Made by a program: the position numbers and the translations under genes | Notes under the pieces: generated by a model | Told to the model about the DNA's origin: nothing | Database searches by the model: none | What the model saw: only the letters and a program-made list of their open reading frames with translations | Assembly (NCBI RefSeq): GCF_000315625.1 | Contig: NW_005434604.1 | Location: 62,001-126,000, forward strand | Source of the DNA: Guillardia theta CCMP2712 | Lineage: Eukaryota > Protista > Cryptophyta | Length of the DNA stretch: 64,000 bases | Direction: 5' to 3' | Shown: positions 44,127-56,611 of the stretch, piece by piece | How positions within the stretch are numbered: position 1 is the stretch's first letter | Layout: each line of letters begins with the position of its first letter

Positions 44127-44859
44127 GGGAGGGTAGGAGGAGGGAAACTTATTCTTTTTACTGTTTGTCCGGCTTGCAGGGGTGAAACGGAGTCTCAACC
44201 ATGTGAAGCGATGATGTAGTATTGTTTGTGTTGATAAACTCGGATAAACCAAAGACCCTCAAGACTGTCGGTCGGTCTCACAGGCTGCTGACTCCGTGAC
44301 ATGCTGGACTTGACCGGCTCAGCCGGAGGAACCTTGCTGGGGAGCAGCGGCGGGCCACGGGCCGCCGGGGACGGGGCGCCTACTAGTACTGAGAAGCTTA
44401 TTAGTTGTGCCAAGGGTAGGGTAGTTGCACTTCGGAAAGAGGGTCATGGTTCAGAATCGAAATTATCCAAGAAAATGTGAAACTTCTGGATAAATTTTCA
44501 ACTATGTGTTTATATTTTGAACAGAATTGGAAAATTCAAAATGAGTGGTTTGACTTTTTTTCCTTTCGGGAGTGGCGAAATGATGGCGGCGAAAGAGGTA
44601 AGAGAGAAGGCAAGGAAGAGAAGGAGGAGGGGTAGGGGGAGGAGGAGGAGGAGGAGAGTAGAAGGTAGAGGGTGGAGTAGGAGTTGAGGACGATGATTGT
44701 ATCTAGTATCAAAGATGATTGGATGGAACATGGCCAGGATTAGAAAGTCGAATCGATCGGCCGCAAGCGGGAATTCCCTCTTGCAGGACGACGTTGCTGC
44801 ATGAGTCGAGTAGTTCAACTCTTACAACACGTCACATTGATTTGTTGCTTCCTCTACAG

Positions 44860-47800
44860 GGCTATGGCGCTTCATCAGATGCAGCCGGTAGCTCCAAGCC
44901 AAGCATCCGAAGCTTTGGCGCATACAAGAGGTTTTGGGAAAAGAAAACCGGGACATCTCCCAACAAAGACGATGTTTCTCCACCGTCCAAGGGAGGAGGT
45001 GTAACTCAGTCTGAATACAAGCCGGTCTTCCATCCTAGGAAGCTGCCGGTAGGATCTACCAGACCAACTGCTGCTGAAGGCAGCGGGCAAGTGAAGCAAG
45101 TTGATTTCGCTTCTACGGTCAGAAAGGAAAGACCTCCACAGACGTAAAGATAAAGATGGTGATGGTGATATCATGACGGCTCTGTTGAACAGGGTTTCAA
45201 CTTACGGCGCAAACTTCAACACTCCCCGAATCAACAAGCTGAAAGAATACCTCAGGAAGTTAAAACTTGACAGGTAGATTCTGAAGTTTGAAACTGATGA
45301 AAAGAAGCTGAGATGCTCTTCAAGGTATCTTGGCGCCATGAACAGGAAGCTGGGGGTTGGCCTGATCTCTGACCTCTTGCTCATCACCGAGGAGGTCGGA
45401 AGCACCTTTGCCTTACCCTTGCCACCCGGCCCTTCTCATCTCGCGTACAGGATGTCAACTCTCTTGGTATGCGGCCGATAGAAGCTCGGAGGTTCCTGTT
45501 GGAGCTGGAGCACCTCAGGTCCCCCATCATTCATGAGGATGAAGCCTTGACGTCTCTTCTCCGTTTGAAGGACCGTGGACGCGTCCTGTATCGACGGCAG
45601 CCGAAGTGAAGTGAAGAGGAGTTTTGAGCTTACTTGACAAGCTTCCTCAGCCCCCCCTCTACGTCCGAGCTCTGAGATGTCATTTACATCGGTACGAAGC
45701 GTCCCTGTCCTTGCCATGCTCTCCGATTGCTCACTGTCTTGCCAGGACGCCGAGCAGCGAGAGATGGGGTCCGTAGACTGGCAGCTGTTGAAGTTTGAGA
45801 CTTCTCCCATTGCTTCGAAACCAGCGCATACCAGCATCGAGCTCTCCCCAACACAGCTGCTGACGTTGGCAAACCAGAAGATGGTGGCGGAGGCCAAGCA
45901 GAAGGTGCTGAATGAGATGCGTGAAAGCAAGTAAGGTGAACGACAACTCTCAGGAACTAGAGAGGCAGGAGGCGTTGCGGCACAGGAACGCTGTGAATGC
46001 CAGGCAAAGTCAGGTGAAGAGGAGGATATTCGTTGAGGCATGGCTTGACTCTCTGCTCTTCCCCGTCCTCCCTTATCATCTTTGTACCTTGTCTACATTG
46101 CTTCTCTCCTCGTTCCATTCTTCGAAGGTCTACTTGGAGCACCTGGTCATGAACGCTTGCGTGGTAGCGCACCTGATTCACTAAACTCCTTCTGTCTTAC
46201 ATTCATTATCAGAGTCAATCCCCTGGCAACGTTTCTTCGTCCTCCTTGGATAATTCAATCACTCACAGCGGGAAAACTAACAACGTCAGGAATTGTTTGT
46301 ATTCGGCTTCAGTAGTTCTGACTGCTTGTCTATCTGCAGTTCGCTGAAGTCAAACAGCTCGGCCGCAGTCAGGAATTTGTTCGTCTTGCGGCGGCTAAAC
46401 CCGTCGAGGCACAAGCACCACGCGAGCAAGAGCAAGAATCTGGTACGGCAACTTGTGCGTGGTCAGGGGATGTTTGTAACGTTGAGCTCGAAGACGCAAA
46501 TGTCTCTGTCGCTCACGGCAACGAATGGTTCGGTCTGCCTTCAACGCCCAGCCAGCCGCACAAGCCCGAGTGAGTGACACCATTATTTGGTTACATAGAG
46601 CTCAAACTCTCTGCAGAATGCCTGACATGCAGAGGTCCACGCACATGAACAAGGTTGTCTAATGATCGACGGGAGCTATTGTGTTGACACTTGCCAGGAG
46701 GGCATCGCGGCAGGTCGAGGAGATGCGTCAGTGGATGGGGAGAGGAGGCAGGTGAAGCAGGTAAAGCCGAGCACATGAGCTATGAATGCTCTGACCGGCA
46801 TGGCCTCAGCTCCTCAAGAGTCAAGAGCCAGCCATGAACGGTTCGACACCATTCCAACCTGAAGGTAAATATGCGAATGATCCCCTACCTCTCCTCTACT
46901 CCTGCGATCCTCGTCTGCTCGCTACTGAACGTTTGGTGCAGAGAACGATGAGCACGAAATAGAGACGGTTGAAGATGTTTCGACAGAAACATCTCAGCGA
47001 GGTCAACAATTACGCTCAAGTGAGGCAGACTGATTGGTTTTCAGATCAAGTTTCGACTCGGAAAAGTTCTAAGACGTTGGTAAAAGAGACTCCCAGGACG
47101 GTAGGGCTCGATGCCTCCTCTTTCTTTCCCTCAATCACTCCTCTCTGTCTCAGTTTTGCTCTACTGTCTTTTCTTCGTTGTCTGTAGCTCCTCTCTCGTC
47201 TCTTTCTCTATCTTGTTTCCCCACAATGACCTGCTCGTAGATCGCAGGCCAAGCTGCCAAGGCTGAGACAGACAAAGCTGCCACCTACAACATGTGACAA
47301 CGGAGGAGGGAGGAGGGAGGGAGGGAGGGAGGGAGGGAGGGAGGGAGGGAGGGAGGAAAGATTGAATGAATTTCAAGGTGTGGAGGCCGTGAAGGAGCAA
47401 GAAGTAACGTGCTGAGCAGGAGAACTCTGGCAGCATGGAAAACTTCAAAGCACATGCGGTCTCAGACCATCCCTGCGGTTACCAAGGAAGAGGGACAAAG
47501 TTTCAGCCCGCAAGGAGACAGCAGATGGAGCGCGGGGTTCTCGCTTCCTCCTCAGACGGTTGGCCAGAGGCTTCCCAAGAATGATTGGGCTTCAGCTCTC
47601 AAGAAGTCCAGTCTCCTCTCCTCTCCTCCTCCCCCTTCCCCACCTGGTAGTTACAAGCCAGATTCTCCCCCGTCCTCTCCCTTCTTACAAAGCTCAGGTG
47701 CTTCGAGCGTCAAGTTCAACCCTGTGACCGGAATGAATGCCGGGAGCTTGCAGGATAGAGAGGTAACATTTTGTTGGTTGTTGTCAATGATTCTGATACC

Positions 47801-49212
47801 GTCTCTTCCTCCTCTTCCTCCTCTTTCCTGCCCCCTTCCTCCTTTCCTCCTCATTCCTCAGAACATCGACAAGAGCAGACTTCGGCTCCACCTCCTCTCC
47901 CAGCTCCACACTCCCAACCTCATCTCCCGCCGCAACGCCATCGAGGCGATTGCCTCGCTCGTCAATGCACAGGACAAGGTTGGTGATAGACATGAAGGAG
48001 ATGATAATCATGCTAAAGTGATGATGATGAAGATAAGGACGATGATGATGATGATGTAATGATGCATGTTTTGCAGGTCCTGGTTGCCGAACTTCTCCTC
48101 TCCCTCAACGACAATCACGTTGAGATCCGAAAGGCTACGATCGACGCGCTTATCCCAGCAGCCAACCAAGGGCACTTGGAAGCGTACGCGGGTGACGAGT
48201 GCCCTCGTCCTTCCTTCCTCCTTTCGTCCCTCCCTCCTCTTTGTCCCCTTCGTTCCTCGCCCTCTTTCCTCCCTCCCTCCTCTTCTGACTCTCCTCCTAT
48301 CTCCTCCTGTTGTGCAAGCGCCTCCTGAGACGCCAGGCAGGGATCCAGAGCTCTCTGGACGACAAGGAGGCTGATGTCCGCCTGCATGCCATCAAGGCGC
48401 TGATTCAGGTGACGGGAGTAAGAGCAAAAGGGAGGGAAAGCAGGGCGGCGGGGGGGGGGAGAAGACAGGAGGATGAGGAGGGAAAGGGGACTGATGATGG
48501 AGGATGGAGGACGGAGGACGGAGAAGGGTGTACGGGGGGAGGGAGAAAGGGAGTAGTCAACGAGGATCTGTTCTCATGATTGCTGCAGGTGGACTGGACG
48601 CAAGAAGGGACGCCGAAGGCTCTGATGAACAGGCTGAGCGACCCTGATCGCTATGTAAGGGGGGGAGAGGAGGAGAGAGGGAGGGAGGGCAGGGACAAAA
48701 GCTTGGGGGAGAAGAAACGGAAGCGAGGCAGGAGCAGGAGAAGGAGAAAGAGAAGGAGAGGAATTTTTACGCTGCTTCATTCAAGGTTCGAGCCAAGGCC
48801 AAGGATCTGCTAGTCAAGTATGCTACGGCTGGGAACGCAGAAGCTGCCTCCATCCTCCTCTGCTCGGGGTACCCTAGATCCCCACCATAGCGCTCGAGCT
48901 ACTGACCCTGCTGGCAGGTTTCAGCCATCTCCTGCTGTCTGGAAGGAGCAAAACGAGGTGAACAGCCTCCCGTCCGCAGACCTTCTCTCATCCCCTCCCC
49001 TCCCTGGACCTTCCCGAACCATCTAGTTGCCACCTCTCCTCTCCCCTCCTCCCTCTAGCTCACCTCTCTCCACTCTCCTCCCCTTGCTTCGCCTTCGTCT
49101 CTCCTTCTGTCCCTCTCGTCTCACCTCCACCCATCCCCTCCTCGCTCCCTCACTCACTCTCCCACAGCAGAGCTCTCGTCCTGGGAGAGAGTCTGTGGCC
49201 TTCCTCTGCTAG
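44860..49212 (+). CDS. Multi-exon protein with a SAM domain and C-terminal HEAT repeats (start uncertain)
   Basis: Spliced SAM-like KLKEYLRKLKLDRYLGAMNRKLGVGLISDLLLITEEDVNSLGMRPIEARRFLLELEHL (~45235-45515). HEAT-like LLSLNDNHVEIRKATIDAL, SSLDDKEADVRLHAIKAL, RLSDPDRY/VRAKAKDLL. Confidence 0.65.
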
Positions 49213-49958
49213 CTCACCGAGTCTCACCATGAGTTTCGGTCATGTATCATAATTCAATTAAAGGTTGTGATCCTTTTAATGTCCTCCTCACCCACCTCTC
49301 TTATCCTCTCTTCTTCTCTCCTCCTCTCCTCTCCCCCCGTTGTCTCCGTTCGTCCCCCCCCCCCCCCCCCCCCCTCCTCCTCCTCTTCTCCGCTGCTCTC
49401 CTCTCCTGCTTCTTTGTTCCATACTTCCACTTTTACCTTTAACCTTACCTACCACCCTCCTCCCCCCCCCCCCCCCCTCCCCGCCACCTTCCCTCCCTCC
49501 CTCCCTCCCTCCCTCCCTCCCTCCCTCTCCCATATCCTCCCTCCTCTCCTGTCCCTGCCCTTCACCACCTTCACCTCTGTCCTCCCGGCTCGTCCTCGAG
49601 TCGCGCCATGCCGCCTTCAGCTCTTCGACCTGATGCCCCATGAAGCAGGATGAAGGATCGGCTGAGCGTGCATGTGGAGGAGGTCGCTCCCCTAGACGAG
49701 GAGGGGAGGGAAGACAGAGGAACGGAAGAGAGGGAGCAGGAAGAGGACAAGGACAAGGATGGGGTGAGGTGGGAGAAGGTGGAAGTGGAGGGGGAAGCGA
49801 AGGGAGAAGAGGAGGAGGGGAGGGAGGGAGAGTACGTGAGAGTGATCCTAGTAGATCGCGTTGCAAGGCCAAGGGGTGAAGCACAGACAGTCAGCCAGCG
49901 ACGCCCTGCCAGCCATGCCGAGCAATCTCTCGCGGGGCGAGCGAGGGCGGTTCTGGCC

Positions 49959-52740
49959 ATGAGCATGGGGAAGGCCAAAGAGGAGGAGGGGCAGGAGGAG
50001 ACCGATGGGGAGGCGGTATGGGAGTGCTTGAACCTGTTCAGGCACGAGAGGAGCTACCGGAGGAGAGACCTGATCCGCTCAGGCTTCTTCCGCAAGCTCA
50101 TGGCTGGTGACTTCTCCTCCGCCAACCAGCTCCAGATCTCCATCAGGGACGGCTGTACCAACGCTGATGCGATGGCGGCGGCCCTGGACTACCTAGAGGC
50201 GAAACAGCTGCTGACAGGAGACTTCGACAGCTTCCAGGTGTTCGTAGCCTCTCGGCTACTCATCATCCCAGATCTCTCCCAGCAGGCAGCCCAGGAGATC
50301 GCCAGCTGCCTGGGCGCGGCGAACATTCTGCGAGCGATGCACCATGCTCGAGAGTACCACTCCGTCGAGCTGCAGAGGGTCTGCCTTGAGTTCTGCTGGA
50401 CTACCTCAGCACGGCCGCAAACGTGGTGCAGGGGATGCTGGTGGACTCGTCGGCGCACCAGGAGCTGCTGGCGCAGCTGAGAAACCTCCCGCACGACTCT
50501 GTAAGCTCCTGCTGGTTGAGGGGGGGAAGCAAGAGGGTTTGACGAGCATGCGAAGTTCAGGGAGCTGGTGGTGAGCAGGAGGAAGCGGGTGGAAAGGTAC
50601 TACCATCCCCTGCCCGCGTACAAGATGTGCGTCATTCGGAGGACCAAGAGCCCAGAGAAGAGCTGGGCTGTGTACAAGCTCTACGAGGAGCACACTATGG
50701 AGTTTCAGCTGTCAGCTGCTCGAGATCTCAAGACTGGGGAGTGAGAGCATATCACCGTTCTTGTCCTCTCCTCCCGCTGCCCCTGACCTCAAGTTGCTGC
50801 CAGCATCGTCGTCACCACGGACGAGAACCTCTCCCAGACTCCCCGGGGCATCCACAGCGATCATGTCGTAGCTGTCCTCCACTCCAACACCTTCGAGACT
50901 CACGTGAGAAGGAATTTCGCTCCTCCTCCTTTTCTTCCTTCTCCTTTTTTCTTCCTCCTTTCTCCCTCCCCCTTCCCGCTCCTCCTCCTCATCCTCTTCT
51001 CCCCCTCCAACACCCTCCTTGCTCCTTTTACTATTCCACATCCCCCAATACCTCCCCTCCCCCCTCGTCCACCTCGCGTCCTCCAGTTCCTCTCAACTGC
51101 TGTCTCCTTCCCCGAAACCCCAGCTGTCCTCTTCCTCAACCACTTGCTTCTGTGTTCTAGTCAGTGCGTCCTCCTCCTCTCCTCCTCACCTCCTCTCACC
51201 TTCTTCTCAGTTCACCCTCTTCGACAACGGGATCAACAACAGCCGCCTCCTCCTCAACCTCCCGGGCTGTCAGAGGCGGGAGCTAGGAAGCATCCAGTAC
51301 GACTCCTCGCTCCTCCACCACGGCCCAAGGAGCATCCTCTGCGTGTTTGCAGAGTTCCCCTGCAGCCAGAGCGCTGCGGACGATTTTGTTGGGGAAGAGG
51401 AGGGAGAGAGTGCTGGCGACGACTCTCCTCCTCCTCCATCCCACCATGGTTACCTCCACCACCTCCTCCTCCTTCCACTCCTCCTCTCCTACCATGGTCG
51501 TCCCCTCTTCCTCTGCTCCTCTGCTCCCCTGCTCCTCTCCTTCCCTCCTCCTCTCCTCACGACTCCGCAGACAAGACACGCTGGGGCAGGCCGGAAGGGT
51601 TTCTTCAGAAGCAGCTTCATGCTACGACGGTGAGCTGCCTTGGACGCCATGCACGTGTCGGTGCTGAGAGGACATGCAAGGTGAACGAAGGAGTCGTGAA
51701 GCTGCACAACCTTGCGCCGAAGGTACTCCTCCTCCTCCTCNNNNNNNNNNNNNNNNNNNNNNNNNNNNNNNNNNNNNNNNNNNNNNNNNNNNNNNNNNNN
51801 NNNNNNNNNNNNNNNNNNNNNNNNNNNNNNNNNNNNNNNNCCTCCTCGCCTCTCCCTTCCAAGTAGACATTCGATTCCTGACCTCCTTCCCATTAACTTG
51901 CGGCGCAGTGGAACGAGAAGACAGGAGCATACAGCCTGGACTTCTACAAGCGTGTCAGGGTATCGTCCTTTCTCTTCCCCTACTCGTCATCTTGCACCCC
52001 TTGCTGATCTCCTCCTGCCTTTCCCCAAGATCTGTTTCTCCTCCTCCTGCCTTTCCCCCAAGATCTGTTTCTCCTCCTCCTGCCTTCCCCCAAGATCTGT
52101 TTCTCCTCCTCCTGCCTTCCCCCAAGATCTGTTTCTCCTCCTCCTGCCTTCCCCCAAGATCTGTTTCTCCTCCTCCCAACCTCCTCCTGTTGTTCGTCTC
52201 ACTGCTGGCGAAGCTTCCGAGTAAGAAGAACTTCATCCTCGTGCCTTGCGACAACGAAGGTCCAGTCCTGTCCCTCCCCTTCCTTTGTTCTCCCTCCCTC
52301 CAGTTTCCCCCCTGTTGCTCTCCCCTTCTCTCCCCTCCTCTCCCCTCCCACACCTTCTCTCCTCAGCAAATTCCTTCACTTTGCTTCTTCCATACACTCT
52401 TCTTACACTCTTCTTCTCCTCATTGCCGTTTCCCTTCGTCTTTTCCTCCTCTTCTCACCAACTACTCAGAAGACGTAGTATGCATCTTTGGCAAAGTTCG
52501 CAAGGACACATATGTGAGCCGTTCCCTTTCCTTCCCCCTCCTCTCTTATCTCGTTCTCGTCAGGCTCTCGACTTCAAGCCCCCACTCTCCATGCTGCAAG
52601 CTTTTCTCGCCGCTCTCAGCAGGTTCAAGCCAAACCCTCCACCCGCCTGTTCGTCCAACCATCCTCTGCTAGCCCTCTCCCCTCCTCTTCTCCTCGCTCA
52701 CTTTCTTTCCAGCTTCGAACATCGCATGGGGTTGACATGA
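49959..52740 (+). CDS. BTB/POZ domain + Tubby C-terminal domain protein (apparent 1-nt frameshift near 50393)
   Basis: BTB: RSGFFRKLMAGDFSS...ISIRD...AMAAALDYL...VFVASRLLIIPDL...LQRVCLEF. Tubby: CVIRRTK..YKLYEE..QLSAAR, VAVLHSNTFETH/FTLFDNG..RRELGSIQYDSSLLHHGPR, LHNLAPK/WNEKTGAYSLDFYKRV, PSKKNFIL, IFGKVRKD, LDFKPPLSMLQAFLAALS/SFEHRM. Confidence 0.88.
51741..51840. other. Assembly gap (100 N) in an intron
   Basis: Run of N in a (CCT)n tract. Confidence 0.99.
52008..52176. repeat. 32-bp intronic minisatellite, 5 copies
   Basis: ctcctcctcctgccttcccccaagatctgttt repeated. Confidence 0.95.
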
Positions 52741-52813
52741 TGATACGACGAATACACGTACACGCAGAAAACAATCTCATCACTCCTCCCTCCTCTCTCT
52801 ACACCTCTTCATG

Positions 52814-55800
52814 TCATGTGAAGCTTGCATCCTGCGCTAGCCGGTCAAGTCCAGCTGTCCACGCCTCTTCGTCGTCCATCGCCGCGTCCTCCCCGGTCCT
52901 CACTCCCCAGAGCATCTCTTGAAACGCTGCTCTCTCCGTCTCCGAGGACAGGTCGTGTATCCTTTCTCCCTCCTCCACTCCTCTCCCCCTCTCCCCCCCG
53001 TCGCTCGACCCTGCCGGTCCCCCGTGATCTCCTCCTTTTACTCCGCCATGAGCCGCAGGAGGCTCGCCCCCCAACGTCTCCTTGCTGTCCTCCTCCGCAG
53101 GCCCAGCTCCAGCTGCAGCTCTTGCTCCAGCTCCTCTATCTTCATCGAAGGTGGACGGGTCCAACTGGCTCCCCGGCGAGGTAGGCTGCAGTTTCAAGTC
53201 CGTGGGATACAAGATGTACTGCAAAGTTCCTGCCATGAGGCAAGTGAATGGAAGAAGATTCGGCAAAAGGCAGAAGGAGGTAGAGCCAGCGGCAGGATAA
53301 GGGGTAGGAAGTGGATGGGGCAGGAGGAGAAAGGAAAACAGCCGACGCCAACAAGAAGTGGAAGTCGAAAGGTGAAGGAAGAGGCAGAGGAGAAAAAGAA
53401 AAAAAGAGGGAGAGAGGGAAGAAGAGAAAGGAGGGGGAGGGGCAACTTACGATCAACTGGCCCCATCCCTTGTTCTGCCATGCTGCTGATCCGGTTGCTC
53501 GTCTCCCTCATCGCTCCGATCCACTTCCCAGTCAGGCTCGCCTCATCCTGCACATCCTTGGAGTGAGGAAGGAGAGTCTATGGAGAGTCAGAGGATCAGT
53601 CAAGGGGTTGAGCTCTTACCTCGCTGCCTATCTTCATCCCGTCCGTTGCCGCCTTGTACATCTCGTAAAATGCCTGCGACCCGTCCTGCAGTCCTCAGTC
53701 AGATCGAGGTGGGTGGAGGGAGAGAGGGACTTGCGGAAAGTAGAGAGGAGGGGGGTGGAGGAAGAGGAAGAGGAAGAGGAAGAGGAAGAGGAAGATGGAT
53801 AGTAGACAAGTGTAGGGGAACTGAGATTCAGACCTTGCTCACGAAAAAATTTGTCAAGCTTTCATCCTTCTCCTGTTCAACATCCCCAGCACGCAAATGC
53901 TTCATCTCCGCCATGCGTCCCGCCCTCTCTCCCTCGCTGTCAGCTTCCCTCCTCGAGTGGCTCCGAGCATTCGAGCCCCACTTGGCATCAAGCTCCTCCT
54001 CCCACGCGCGTGTGGCTCGATGGTGATGCTTGATCTCGGGGGAATCACGGTAATCGACTCCTTCCCCCCTGCCCTTCTCCCTCTCCCTCTCCCTCTCCCT
54101 CTCCCTCCTCTCCCTCTCTTTCCTCCTCGATCTCTTCTGATCACTCCTCACTGTACTCGCCGAGCTCGCGCCGTCTCCCTCGTCCGCCCCGCCTTGTGCG
54201 TTGGAGCTCGTGACCGTCGGGAACATCACAGACTCCAGTAGTCGGTCGACCCCCTTCGCCAGCCCCGACAGATAGTCTTGACCTGGGAGCCGAGAGGAGG
54301 AGCTAGAAGACCTGTCCATGGCCTTCCGCTCCGACGTCGCCCCTCCATGCTCACTCGAGGCTCGGCTCGACTTGCCTGACCCTCCTCCCACTGTGGACAG
54401 CATGGCGAGGTGGTTTGCGTCCTCCTCAGAGATGGCAAGGACAGACATGGCGGATGAGTCCAAGGAGGAGAGCGCTTCCAGCCCTCCTTGTGCCGTCAGG
54501 AACCTCTGCCGGCATGCGATGATGATGTTCTGCAGGTTTGCGAGGATGGAGAGCTGACTGCCGTTGGGTGTGGCCTGCAGCAGCGAGACGTCAACAGGCA
54601 TCACCCCGTGAGCGGCCAGCAGCTGATCCACGTCCTTGCTCAGCATCAGCACAGCTACTTGCACTCTCGTCCTGTCCTGACCCTTGAGGAACAGGGGGAA
54701 GTCGTTGCCGTCCTTGGTATTGTTCCTGGAGGATGAAACGCTCAGGTCGCGCATGACGCTCCTGGAGGACATCGGGACAGGGAGGAAGCGAAGGGTCAAG
54801 CCGACGTACTTGGACATGAGCAGTACCACATGGCAGACGTGCCCGAGAGCAGTCGAAACCATCTCATCGTCTCCGCTGCTGGAGGATGTCAAGGCTGGAA
54901 GCATCAGCCCGCAGATCGTCCGGGTCACCCCATCTGCCGCCGTGAAGATGGGATAAGCGCTGTGGAGAGCAGCGGTAAGGAAGTTCTGCCGAGTTCGCAG
55001 CTCCTTCCGCGCGTCTCTCAGCGCCTGTCTGTCTGCATCGATCGCCTGCGAACGCTTCCTCCTCGCCTCATCGAGGGAGTTTGCGGGGACCATGCTGTCT
55101 TCCTCAGCTGTATCCGAGGACCTCCGCCTTGCACTCTCGTCAGCTGGGGAGTCTCTTTCCATCTGAAGGTTCATGACAGTCAACACCCTTTGTCCGAGGC
55201 TCTTTCGCAGTCTCTCCGACTCAAGGCTGACTTGCACCCTGCCTTCCTCCCGTTCCACCTGAGCTGACAGCTGCTGCACCTTGTTCTCCTCCTCCGCCAC
55301 CCTCCTCCGAAGGTCTCGCAACCTTCCCGCACTTTCTCTCTTGCGTAGAAGCTCCTGCTCTTTGGCAGCCTGTGAAGAGAGTAGCTCCTCCAGCCTCTGC
55401 TTCGCCAAAGCCGTCTGAACTTTCTTCAGCATGACGCACTTTCTCATATACGCGAGGGCCTGTGATCGAGCAGAACAAACCCTGGGAAGATGTTTCTGCT
55501 CCTCAACGCCTCCTTCCTCTCTCACCACCTCCTGCAGTCTCGACGCTGACGAGACTTCAGGAGTGCTCTGACCACTCGCGTCTTCGCTCCTCCTCTCACC
55601 ATTGGAGAGATGCAGTGTCACTGTGCCGTTCGAACTGTCGTGGACGGTGGGATTAGCATTCTTGATGGTGTCCCCGAGGATGTTTCCACTGGCAGCAGCT
55701 CGCTTGCGATGCTTCTGGTTGAAGCCATCTGCTCTTGAAGCTTGCATCGACAGATCTCGATTGAGATTCATCTTCTGAAGCAACCCGGACATGGACGAAA

Positions 55801-56611
55801 TGCTGGCATCCACGTAGGTAGACCAAACGCCGACTGAGTCTGAGATGCTGAAGAAAATTGCGTTCCTTGGGAGAGAGAGCTTCACCTGAGCAGAGAGTCA
55901 ACAATGAAGAAAGCAAACACAAAGAGGAAAGAAGGCGACTTACTTCGCTCAAGGAAGATTCTACCTTCACCCACATCCTCAGATCCAACACATTCTCAAA
56001 CAGCAACTTGGTCTCCACGATCTCACCATGGACGATGGAGGACCGATCGGGAAGTTTGCATGCCGCCGAGGCTGCAGGGCACCCGCCATGACCTCCATCG
56101 TTACATCGTCTCCCGCATAGATCCTCGTCCAGCTTCCATCTATGGCACGACCATGGTGCGGGTCTGGGAAGAGGTTGTTGCATATCATGTGGCACATCAC
56201 TGCTGCATCCCCGTCCTGCGTATGGGCGGCAAAGGCAGTTCCATACGCGGATGACAAACTTGTTTTTCTCCGCGGTACCGCGCTCAATCGCGCCCATGTT
56301 TATGTGCATAAGCATCTCAGTGTGGTCTACGTCCGTCCACGAAGGGTTGGATGTTTTGCGGCACAAGGTACTGGAGTAGAAGCTCTCCTTTACGACGGCT
56401 CCAGTCTTTCCATCAACCAGGTGCATGCTAAAGAAGCAAGCTATCTGGCAGGTGTCACTTTCTTTCAACAGCATGTTTGCTGTTGACATGTTCCGGATCA
56501 GGACACCTTTAAGATCCTTCAGCAACACCATCCTAGTTGAAGGTTGATTGGCTTCTGGCAATATCGTACAGGTTCGGTCAGTGTATCGACCTCCAAGTTA
56601 CCTCCTTCCAT
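52814..56611 (-). CDS. UVRAG: UVRAG/Vps38 (class III PI3K complex II subunit) with N-terminal C2-like domain and long C-terminal tail
   Basis: C2-like LKDLKGVLIRN..FFSMHL..FYSSTLCRKTSNPSW, then coiled coil. Conserved block YPI...TICGLMLP...STALGHVCHVVLLMSKYVGLTLRF...SRSVMRD...FPLFLKGQDRTR...AVLMLSKDVDQL. Three further exons run to the stop at 52814. Confidence 0.85.
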
